The position numbers and the translations under genes were made by a program. Of a DNA stretch of 64,000 nucleotides, positions 47,371 to 55,160 are shown piece after piece. The DNA lies in the NCBI GenBank assembly GCA_963638805.1, contig CAVHTI010000005.1, forward strand, positions 9,064 through 73,063. Reading direction: 5' to 3'. The first letter of the stretch is position 1, and the number at the start of each line of letters is the position of its first letter. The DNA is from Anaerobutyricum sp. (GTDB lineage: Bacteria > Spirochaetota > Spirochaetia > Treponematales > Treponemataceae). The notes beneath the pieces are model-generated. The model saw only the letters and a program-made list of their open reading frames with translations. It searched no databases and was not told the DNA's origin.

Positions 47371-49416
47371 ATGGCTGTAAAATCAAAAAGTTCTGATGAT
47401 GAAAAAAAATCTGGTGCAAAAACTGAAGTAAAAAAGACTGGGAGCGCAAAGGCCGCGTCAACTACTGTAAAATCTGAAAAATCAAAAACTCAGGAAAAGC
47501 CTGCAGAAAGCGAAAAAAAAACATCAGAAACTGCAAAAACTAAGACTACACGTGCAAAAGCCACAGAATCCGCTCCGGCTGAATATAACGAAGATTCAAT
47601 TTTGCACCTTGAAGGACTTGAGCACATTCGTCTTAGGCCGGGAATGTACATTGGTTCGCTTGGGGACGGTAGCAACGAAAATGACGGAATTTATATTCTT
47701 TTGAAGGAAGGAATTGATAATGCCGTTGATGAATTTTCGCAAGGTTTTGGAAAACGCATTGACATAGAAATTAAAGATGGCCGTGTAAAAATCCGCGATT
47801 ATGGACGAGGAATTCCGCTTGGAAAACTTGAAGATTGTGTAAGCAACGTAAACACCGGCGCAAAATATAATAATTCGGTTTTTAAACAGGCAATCGGAAT
47901 GAACGGCGTTGGTATAAAAGCTACTAATGCCCTGTCATCATATTTTAGGGCCGCTTCTATTCGTGACGGAAAAATGGCGGTTGTGGAGTACGCAAAAGGC
48001 GAAAAAACGTCATCAAAAACCGGACGTGCAAAAGAAGGTGTGCCAAACGGAACTTATCTTGAATTTGTGCCTGATTCTGAACTTTTTGGAAATTATTCCT
48101 ACCACATGGATATGGTAGAAAAACGTCTGTGGAATTACGCTTATTTAAATCCTGGACTTTTGATTAAATGCAACGGCAAAGAATATATCAGTCAAAATGG
48201 TATAAAGGATCTTTTGATTCACGAAATGGGCGGCGAAGCAAAATCACTTTATCCGATGTTTGATTACAAAGGCCAGAATCTTCAGTTTGTTTTGACTCAC
48301 GCGTCTTCTCTTGATAAATGTGTTTATTCGTTTGTAAACGGCCAGAGTACTGAGGACGGCGGAACTCACGTTACGGCATTTCTTGATGGATTTACAAAGG
48401 GTGCTAATGAATTTTTCAAAAAAGAATATGATATTAAGGACGTTACCGCAGGCCTTTTTGTAGCTTTAAAAGTTGGACTTGATAATCCAATGTTCACTTC
48501 TCAGACAAAAAATAAACTTGGAAACGTAGAAATCAGGGCTCCGATTATAAAAGAAACTCAGCTTGCCGTTGATGACTGGCTGCGCCATAATCCCGAAATT
48601 GCCGGCCAGCTGGAAGAAAAAATCATCAAAAATCAGAAAGCGCGTAACGAAATTAATTCTGTTACGGATAAACAACTGCGCGAAGCCGAAAAATCTGTAA
48701 TGCTCAAAATCAAAAAACTTCTGGACTGCCGCTATCATTTGCAGGACGGTGCAAAGGGCGCAAATTCTATGATTTTTATTACGGAAGGAGATTCTGCCAC
48801 CGGTTCAATGATTCATGGCCGCGACGTTTCTTATCAGGCAATTTTTTCTTTGCGAGGAAAACCTGCAAATATGTTCGGAATGAAAAAGTCCGCAATTTTT
48901 GATGTTGAAGAACTAAAAAATCTTACTTTTAGTCTTGGCGTTCAAAAGGACGTTGCAAACCTCCGTTATGATAAAATTGTAATTGCAACCGATGCCGATA
49001 ACGACGGGTACCATATCAGAAATCTTGTTTTGACATATCTTCTTTCGTTTTTTGAAGAACTTGTGCTGGGCGGGCACGTTTACATTCTTGAAACTCCGCT
49101 TTTCCGTGTGCGCAACAAAACAAAAACCGTTTACTGTTATTCAGAAAAAAGCCGTGACCGCGAAGTTAAAAAACTCGGAAAAACTGCCGAAGTTACGCGC
49201 TTTAAAGGTCTTGGAGAAATCAGCGACAAGGAATTTGGAATGTTTATCCGTCCGCGCAAAGAAGGCGAATCCGAGGATGTTGGAATCCATCTTACTCCTG
49301 TTTCCATTCAGACGCTCAAAGATATTCCCGAAATTCTTGAATTTTACATGGGCAAAAACACTCCAGAACGCCGTGATTTTATTGTTCATCACCTTGCCGC
49401 AGAAATTGACGTTTAA
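47371..49416 (+). CDS. Type IIA topoisomerase B subunit (ParE/GyrB family) with Lys-rich N-terminal tail
   Basis: GHKL ATPase (RPGMYIGS, GIDNAVDE, GRGIP) and Toprim (ITEGDSATGS, DADNDGYHI) domains. About 75 aa of K/S/T/E/A low-complexity sequence precede the core. ATG 47371 was preferred over GTG 47362. Confidence 0.8.
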   Translation: MAVKSKSSDDEKKSGAKTEVKKTGSAKAASTTVKSEKSKTQEKPAESEKKTSETAKTKTTRAKATESAPAEYNEDSILHLEGLEHIRLRPGMYIGSLGDGSNENDGIYILLKEGIDNAVDEFSQGFGKRIDIEIKDGRVKIRDYGRGIPLGKLEDCVSNVNTGAKYNNSVFKQAIGMNGVGIKATNALSSYFRAASIRDGKMAVVEYAKGEKTSSKTGRAKEGVPNGTYLEFVPDSELFGNYSYHMDMVEKRLWNYAYLNPGLLIKCNGKEYISQNGIKDLLIHEMGGEAKSLYPMFDYKGQNLQFVLTHASSLDKCVYSFVNGQSTEDGGTHVTAFLDGFTKGANEFFKKEYDIKDVTAGLFVALKVGLDNPMFTSQTKNKLGNVEIRAPIIKETQLAVDDWLRHNPEIAGQLEEKIIKNQKARNEINSVTDKQLREAEKSVMLKIKKLLDCRYHLQDGAKGANSMIFITEGDSATGSMIHGRDVSYQAIFSLRGKPANMFGMKKSAIFDVEELKNLTFSLGVQKDVANLRYDKIVIATDADNDGYHIRNLVLTYLLSFFEELVLGGHVYILETPLFRVRNKTKTVYCYSEKSRDREVKKLGKTAEVTRFKGLGEISDKEFGMFIRPRKEGESEDVGIHLTPVSIQTLKDIPEILEFYMGKNTPERRDFIVHHLAAEIDV

Positions 49417-49422
49417 TTTTAC

Positions 49423-49580
49423 GGGCGCATTTTTGCTCCGCTACGGCTTTGCCTTCGTTTCGCAAAAAACGGGCTTTTCAGGGTTCCGCTATCGCTCCAA
49501 ACCTTTGCACTTCGCGCCAGAACAATGTCGCTACGTTTGCAAATGTTCACGCTTCGCGTGCCCTTACAATCCCATTGCGC
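49423..49580 (-). repeat. Dispersed hairpin-rich element, copy E (inverted, degenerate)
   Basis: GGGCGCATTTTTGCTCCGCTACGG.., GGTTCCGCTATCGCTCCAAACCTTTGC, CGCGCCAGAACAATGTCGCT and CTTACAATCCCATTGCGC align with the reverse complements of copies C and A. Confidence 0.65.
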
Positions 49581-49652
49581 AATTTTACACTGTTCAATGT
49601 TTATTTATTTTGTTAAAATGTTGCTTTCATTATCATTTTGCGAGGTGCTTTT

Positions 49653-50651
49653 ATGGCATGTGATTTAACAGGAAGAAATTTTCTTACACTAAAAGATTTT
49701 ACTCCGGAAGAAATTATCAGTCTTTTGGATTTAGCTGCAGATTTAAAGGAAAAGAAAAAGAAAAATATTCCCGTTGATATTCACCGTGGAAAAAATATTG
49801 CCCTCATTTTTGAAAAAACAAGTACAAGAACTCGCTGCGCTTTTGAAGTTGCCGCTCACGATTTGGGAATTCAAACGACATATCTTGCGGAAGGTTCTCA
49901 GATTGGCAAAAAAGAAAGCATTGCAGATACAGCGCGCGTGCTTGGCAGAATGTTTGACGGCATTGAATACCGTGGCTACGAACAAAAACTTGTGGAAGAT
50001 CTCGCAAAATATTCAGGCAAAATCGTCTGGAACGGCCTTACAAACGAATATCACCCGACACAAATGCTTGCCGATATGCTTACAATCCGCGAACATTACG
50101 GAAAATTAAAGGGCTTGAAATTAGTTTATTACGGCGATGCTCGTTACAATATTGGAAATTCTTTGAGCATTGTTTGCGCAAAACTTGGTTTGAATCTTGT
50201 TCTTTGTGCTCCATCAAAATATTGTCCTTCAAAAGAATTATTAAAAGAATGTGAACCGTGGTGCAATGCAAGTGGCGGTTCAATTACTCTTGAAAGTGAT
50301 GTTCAAAAAGCAACAAAAGACGCTGATATTCTTTATACGGACGTTTGGGTAAGCATGGGTGAACCTGATGAAGTTTGGGCAGAGCGCATTAAAGATTTAA
50401 AACCGTATCAGGTAAATATGGATGTCTTGAAAATGGCAAAACCGACTGCAATTTTTATGCATGATTTGCCGTCGTTCCATGATTTAAACACAAAAATCGG
50501 CAAGGAAATCAATCAGAAATTTGGACTTACGGCAATGGAAGTTACCGACGAAGTTTTTGAATGTCCTCAGTCAGTTGTTTTTGATGAAGCAGAAAACCGA
50601 ATGCATACAATAAAAGCTGTTATGGCAGCAACATTAGGAAATAATTTTTAA
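49653..50651 (+). CDS. argF: Ornithine carbamoyltransferase family protein
   Basis: STRTR, HPTQ, DVWVSMGE and a C-terminus closely resembling E. coli OTC (MEVTDEVFE...VFDEAENRMHTIKAVM). The HCLP motif reads HDLP. Start trimmed to ATG 49653, with GAGGTG 5 nt upstream. Confidence 0.85.
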   Translation: MACDLTGRNFLTLKDFTPEEIISLLDLAADLKEKKKKNIPVDIHRGKNIALIFEKTSTRTRCAFEVAAHDLGIQTTYLAEGSQIGKKESIADTARVLGRMFDGIEYRGYEQKLVEDLAKYSGKIVWNGLTNEYHPTQMLADMLTIREHYGKLKGLKLVYYGDARYNIGNSLSIVCAKLGLNLVLCAPSKYCPSKELLKECEPWCNASGGSITLESDVQKATKDADILYTDVWVSMGEPDEVWAERIKDLKPYQVNMDVLKMAKPTAIFMHDLPSFHDLNTKIGKEINQKFGLTAMEVTDEVFECPQSVVFDEAENRMHTIKAVMAATLGNNF

Positions 50652-50670
50652 TTTCTGGGAGGAAAATTTT

Positions 50671-50940
50671 ATGAACGCGATTATTACAGTTGTTGGAAGC
50701 GATAAGGTCGGCATTATTGCAAAGGTCAGTGCATTTCTTGCAGAACACAAAATCAACATTAAAGACATTTCACAGACAATTCTTTCTGGAAACTTTGTCA
50801 TGATGATGATGGTAGAATTAAACGAATCAGATATTTCAGTTGATGAAGTCAGAAAGGAACTTGAAAAAATCAGTTCTGAAATGGGCGTCGAAATCAACAC
50901 TATGAGCGAAAAAGTTTTTTCTGCCATGCACAGAATCTAA
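50671..50940 (+). CDS. ACT-domain protein (UPF0237-like)
   Basis: 89 aa. MNAIITVVGSDKVGIIAKVSAFLAEHKINI is typical of stand-alone ACT proteins. Confidence 0.75.
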   Translation: MNAIITVVGSDKVGIIAKVSAFLAEHKINIKDISQTILSGNFVMMMMVELNESDISVDEVRKELEKISSEMGVEINTMSEKVFSAMHRI

Positions 50941-50953
50941 TTTCCAAAAATTT

Positions 50954-50997
50954 AAAAAACGAGGCACCGTCAAACCGTCAGTGCCTCGTTTTGCGTT
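50954..50997. terminator. Bidirectional terminator between the ACT gene and the dGTPase-like gene
   Basis: 9-bp stem ACGAGGCAC / GTGCCTCGT, flanked by an A-run upstream and TTTGCGTTTT downstream. Confidence 0.75.
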
Positions 50998-52287
50998 TTA
51001 AAATGTAATGATTTCTTCGTAGACCTTTATTGCGTACAGGTCGGTCATTCCCGAAATATATTCAATTACACATTTTTTATAAGATTCTTCGTCGGCTATG
51101 TCAAAAACGACCGGCGTATTCCATTTTTTTCCTTTCTTGATATTTTCAAATTTTCCGGTTGCCTTGTTATAAGGCTGATAAACCGTATATTTTATGAGCC
51201 ATTCTTCAAAACTTTCGCGCAGGTTAGGGTAGCGCTTTAGTGCAATATAAACCTTGCCAGTTTTTACGTACGCGTGAGTCTTCATAAGCAGGCGGAAAAT
51301 TGTCTGAATTATATTTTCTGCATAGATTGCAAATTCCTGAAGCCGCCAGTGATTGTAAATAAAATTAAAGTTGAATTTTTTGATTTCCTGCAAAAACTTA
51401 AAATAATTTTCAGAAAAACAAAGTCCCTTTTCCGGAGAAGAAGAATTGCACAAATCAACAATCAAATCATTTATCAAAACTGAAGGATTTACGGCCCGTC
51501 CACTGCGCATGGACTGGGTTCCTTTCGCCGGAATTCCGAGCGTACTACCGACAATTTCGCGCATCTGGCGGTAGGCCGTCATATTATTGATTATTCCGTA
51601 AGTAAATGCGTCCTGAATGTCGCGTCCCAAAAATGCAATTTTGTCAGAAACTTTAACAACGCAGGCTTCCCAGGTAAACGGCTGCACAATTCCCGGACGT
51701 TTTATTGAATAAAGGTCAATGGCCTCGTCTCGCGGTTTAATTCCCTGCTGATCAATTTCGCCACAATGACAAATAAGTCCATCGCGAACGGCGTAAGTTA
51801 AATCAAGAGGACGTGCAACGCCGTCAGGGTCGTACAAAGTTTCAATATAGTCTGCAAAAAATAAAGAATTCCGTTCATGCCAGAATTTTTTGGGAGCATT
51901 CGCGCCCTGTTTTTGTTCCAGAAGTCTGTTCAGACAATCCTCTCCGTGATGCCCAAACGGAGCGTGCCCAATATCATGACCAATGGCCGACGCCTGAGTG
52001 AGCTGTTCATTTAATCCCAGAGATTTTGCAATGGTCGTTGAAACAGAAGCAACGTGCAGAACATGCTCCATTCTTGTACAAATATGATCATTGTGCGGTG
52101 AATAAAAAACCTGAGTTTTATGCTTAAGCCTGCTGAACGCCTGCGAATGTAAAAGCCGCGTGTAATCCCTTTCAAATTCCGAACGTATAGAGTTATTTCT
52201 GTTGTAAAGCGAGTTTTCTCTTTTTATTGCCTGTTCCCACTTAGGATTTTCCGGACAGCATTTTTCTTTTTCAAATAATTTTTCCAT
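50998..52287 (-). CDS. dGTP triphosphohydrolase-like HD-domain protein
   Basis: RDYTRLLHSQAFSRLKHKTQVF, RMEHVLHVASV and HDIGHAPFGH are characteristic of the dGTPase family. Confidence 0.85.
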   Translation of the reverse strand: MEKLFEKEKCCPENPKWEQAIKRENSLYNRNNSIRSEFERDYTRLLHSQAFSRLKHKTQVFYSPHNDHICTRMEHVLHVASVSTTIAKSLGLNEQLTQASAIGHDIGHAPFGHHGEDCLNRLLEQKQGANAPKKFWHERNSLFFADYIETLYDPDGVARPLDLTYAVRDGLICHCGEIDQQGIKPRDEAIDLYSIKRPGIVQPFTWEACVVKVSDKIAFLGRDIQDAFTYGIINNMTAYRQMREIVGSTLGIPAKGTQSMRSGRAVNPSVLINDLIVDLCNSSSPEKGLCFSENYFKFLQEIKKFNFNFIYNHWRLQEFAIYAENIIQTIFRLLMKTHAYVKTGKVYIALKRYPNLRESFEEWLIKYTVYQPYNKATGKFENIKKGKKWNTPVVFDIADEESYKKCVIEYISGMTDLYAIKVYEEIITF

Positions 52288-52404
52288 GCAATTATTTTAA
52301 TGCAGAACACTTGTCTTGTCAGAATTTGTTTTCTGAAGATGGTTCCGTTTTCTGAAAATAAAATGTTGACAACAAAATTATTAATGTTTAAATTAAATGT
52401 GTGA

Positions 52405-52473
52405 GTGTATCTCGGCTCAATAAACGAGAACTGTATAAGTAGGTGTATCTCAGCCTTATAAATGAGAACTGTA
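52405..52473. repeat. Two tandem 38-nt repeats, each with a small hairpin
   Basis: GTGTATCTCGGCTCAATAAACGAGAACTGTA (52405) and GTGTATCTCAGCCTTATAAATGAGAACTGTA (52443). The stems are TCTCG/CGAGA and TCTCA/TGAGA. Confidence 0.6.
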
Positions 52474-52490
52474 ACAGCGGGGATGAGAAA

Positions 52491-53267
52491 TCATCTCTTC
52501 CGTTTTCTAAAAATCATAAAAATTATGACTCCGCAGGCCAGGACAAAAAGAAAAATGCTTATCCACTGTGAAGTCGAAAATGCCCCGTAGATTTTTCTTT
52601 CGGCGTCGCCACGTAAATATTCAAGAAAAAATCTGGTTACGCTGTAATATAAAACGTAAAAAATCACGGAAACTTTTTTGTCCTTAAAATATCTGAAAAT
52701 CATAATGAGCGCAAAAATAATCATCAAAAGCGATTCTAAAAGCTGGACGGGAAAAATTCCGGTGTCTGGTGGCACGTTTGTAATTGGATTGTGATAGTAA
52801 ACTGCAAATGGCCCGTCATATAAAATCCCGTAACAGCACCCGCCACAAAAACAGCCCAACCTTCCAAAAGCATGGCACCACGGAATAAGAAAAGTCAGTT
52901 CTTCAAAAAAATAATTGATTTTGCACTTAGCAATCAAACTGCCAAGAAAATATCCAAAACATCCAAAAATCAATCCTCCGTAAAAAACAAAACCTTCGCC
53001 CAGTTGCGTTTGTTTTGGTTTAAAAAGCATATAAAAAATAATTTTTGGAATGTCCTTTAGCGGATATGTTATGACCAGAAAAAGAAGTTTTGCGCCAATA
53101 AAACTAAAAAAAGTAACAAGCGCCGCAATTATAATAAAAGAATAAAAATCTTTTCCCTTTTTTTTGCATCCTTTAAAAACAATAAAAGCCCCGGAAAATA
53201 TTCCAAGAACAATGCAAAGGCCATAAAGCGGGATTTTTATAAAACCAAGATTAATAAAGGGAAGCAT
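52491..53267 (-). CDS. lgt: Prolipoprotein diacylglyceryl transferase
   Basis: 258-aa polytopic protein. N-terminal IKIPLYGLCIVLGI and FGRLGCFCGGCCYG resemble Lgt signatures. Confidence 0.7.
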   Translation of the reverse strand: MLPFINLGFIKIPLYGLCIVLGIFSGAFIVFKGCKKKGKDFYSFIIIAALVTFFSFIGAKLLFLVITYPLKDIPKIIFYMLFKPKQTQLGEGFVFYGGLIFGCFGYFLGSLIAKCKINYFFEELTFLIPWCHAFGRLGCFCGGCCYGILYDGPFAVYYHNPITNVPPDTGIFPVQLLESLLMIIFALIMIFRYFKDKKVSVIFYVLYYSVTRFFLEYLRGDAERKIYGAFSTSQWISIFLFVLACGVIIFMIFRKRKR

Positions 53268-53337
53268 ATCAAAAGTGAAGATTGCAAAAAAAAATGAGCC
53301 GTATTATTTCAACGGCCCATCCTAATTCTTTTGTATT

Positions 53338-53601
53338 TTAGAACAGACTAGAGAAGTCTATAGCTGCTGCGCTGGCACCAATGCATATAGCGCAAACAAT
53401 TGTAGCAATAATACCCCAAGTAAGTGCAATAATTCCAAAAATCATTCCGACTTTTCCGGCTTTACTTCGTTTTGCAGAAATTGCACCAAAAATAATTGCA
53501 AAAACACCAAGAATCGAACCAACCCATCCAAGACTGAATGCTCCACCAATAGTACTGCTGAGTAATGAAAGAATACCAGCAACCAATGCAAATGCGCCCA
53601 T
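53338..53601 (-). CDS. Small Gly/Ala/Ile-rich membrane protein of unknown function
   Basis: 87 aa with three hydrophobic segments. No recognisable family. Confidence 0.55.
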   Translation of the reverse strand: MGAFALVAGILSLLSSTIGGAFSLGWVGSILGVFAIIFGAISAKRSKAGKVGMIFGIIALTWGIIATIVCAICIGASAAAIDFSSLF

Positions 53602-53676
53602 ACGAACTCCTTTTTTTTTATAATTTACATATATTTTAAATGAGAATACTGAATTGTCAAATTTTTATTTTTTTAC

Positions 53677-53820
53677 GGGTGGCCCGGCAATAAATTGCCG
53701 TCGGGCTTTCCGCAATTCCGCTGTTCGCTCCAAAGTCCTCGGCGTGCAAATGGCACGCCTGTGGGCTTTCGCTTCGGCAATTGAAATTGCCTTCGCGCTT
53801 GCTACAATCCCTGCCACAGG
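53677..53820 (-). repeat. Dispersed hairpin-rich element, copy D (inverted)
   Basis: The reverse complement aligns with copy A: GGGATTGTAGCAAGCGCGAAG, hairpins at 53776-53791 and 53741-53759, and GAGGACTTTGGAGCGAACAGCGGAATTGCG (30 nt identical to A). Confidence 0.75.
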
Positions 53821-53851
53821 TGTACATTCAAAATTAAATTTCAGAAATAAA

Positions 53852-54517
53852 ATGAAACGTGGTAAAATAAATTTTATGTCTTTAATTCGTGCTTTTAACT
53901 GGTTCACAAAAATTACTGCGTGGCCAATTTATAACTTTCTTTCCAGGCCAAAATATTATTACGAAGATAAAAAAATCCAGAACAGAAAAATAAAAGGCGG
54001 AGCAATTATTGTTTCAAATCACACGGCATTGTTTGATTATCCGGTTTTTATGTTTACGTTTTTTTGCCGTACGCTACGCTACCAAATGGCAGAAGTTTTG
54101 TTTGAAAAAAAAGTTCTGGGCTGGCTTTTAAAAAGACTTGGTGCCATTTATGTTGACCGCCGGACTTTTGATTTTTCCTTTATAAAAAAATCAGAAGATA
54201 TTTTAAAAAATGGCGGAGTAGTTGGAATTTTCCCAGAAAGCAGGCTTCCCCGCCCACAAGAAGAACGGCCGTTGCCATTTAAACCAAGTTTTGCTTACGT
54301 TGCATTTTCTTCCGGTGCACCGCTTATTCCTTGTTTTACAAATGGTTCATATTTTTCAAAAAAAAGAACACGGGTCATAATCGGAAAACCTCTTTATCCT
54401 CAGGATTATTTTGATAAAACAAAAACTAAAAAAGAAAATATGGCGGAACTTTCAAAAGTTGTACGCGAAAAAATCATTGAATTAGGAAAATTATTAGATG
54501 AACAGTGCAAAAAATAA
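53852..54517 (+). CDS. PlsC-type (LPLAT) acyltransferase 1
   Basis: HX4D motif VSNHTALFDYP and the IFPESR motif. The ORF-track start 53654 reads through repeat copy D, so it was trimmed to ATG 53852 (221 aa, matching the 220-aa paralogue). Confidence 0.8.
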   Translation: MKRGKINFMSLIRAFNWFTKITAWPIYNFLSRPKYYYEDKKIQNRKIKGGAIIVSNHTALFDYPVFMFTFFCRTLRYQMAEVLFEKKVLGWLLKRLGAIYVDRRTFDFSFIKKSEDILKNGGVVGIFPESRLPRPQEERPLPFKPSFAYVAFSSGAPLIPCFTNGSYFSKKRTRVIIGKPLYPQDYFDKTKTKKENMAELSKVVREKIIELGKLLDEQCKK

Positions 54518-55160
54518 AAAAAGCGGATTATTTTCATTAAAGTACCTTATGTATGATTTTTTGCGAATTATACTCTGGTTTCCGGGATTCCTTGTGTGGC
54601 GCCCAAAATATCTTTACGAAAACAAAACTGCCAGCAAAAAAATAAAAGGCGGGGCCGTCGTAATTTCCAATCATCTGGGATTTATGGATCCGGTTTATTT
54701 AATGTACGGACTTTGGTACAGAAGACTTCATATCGTGGCACTTTCGGTGCTTTTTAATACAAAAATCAAAAATTTTTTCTTCCGGCATTTTTTGTGCATC
54801 CCGGTTGATCGCGAAAATTTTAATATGTCCACTTTCCGCGAAATTATTTCGGTTTTAAAACAAAATCAGATTGTCGCAATTTTTCCGGAAGGCAGAATAA
54901 ATTTTGAAAACAAAGGACTTCAGACTTTTAAATCCGGAATGGTTTTAATGGCAATGCAAAGTGGCAAACCTGTCGTCCCGGTTTTTATAGAAAAGAAAAA
55001 AGGATTAATTAATCGCCTCGTCGTTGTCGTTGGTGAGCCGATATTAATTGACTCAAAAAACTCAAATCTGAAAATGATTGAGAATGTAACATCTGAAATA
55101 TATAATAAAGAAAATATACTAAAAAAAATCGCAGAAGATTACAGGAGTAAAAATGACTAA
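54498..55160 (+). CDS. PlsC-type (LPLAT) acyltransferase 2
   Basis: HX4D motif ISNHLGFMDP and the IFPEGR motif. Overlaps the upstream gene by 20 nt. Confidence 0.8.
   Translation: MNSAKNKKSGLFSLKYLMYDFLRIILWFPGFLVWRPKYLYENKTASKKIKGGAVVISNHLGFMDPVYLMYGLWYRRLHIVALSVLFNTKIKNFFFRHFLCIPVDRENFNMSTFREIISVLKQNQIVAIFPEGRINFENKGLQTFKSGMVLMAMQSGKPVVPVFIEKKKGLINRLVVVVGEPILIDSKNSNLKMIENVTSEIYNKENILKKIAEDYRSKND

Noticed and set aside
49052-49663. 203-aa plus-strand ORF spanning the topoisomerase 3' end, repeat copy E and the carbamoyltransferase start.
   Set aside because: It is an alternative frame of a conserved gene that then reads through a non-coding repeat. Its composition is unlike real proteins in this window.
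50998-52287. dGTPase-like HD protein as an anti-phage nucleotide-depletion defence gene.
   Set aside because: It is a single gene in a housekeeping context (lgt, carbamoyltransferase), with no neighbouring defence or mobile genes. Sequence alone cannot distinguish a housekeeping Dgt.
53654-53851. N-terminal 66 codons of the ORF-track acyltransferase gene.
   Set aside because: This segment is the translation of dispersed repeat copy D. The downstream ATG at 53852 gives a protein the same length as its paralogue.
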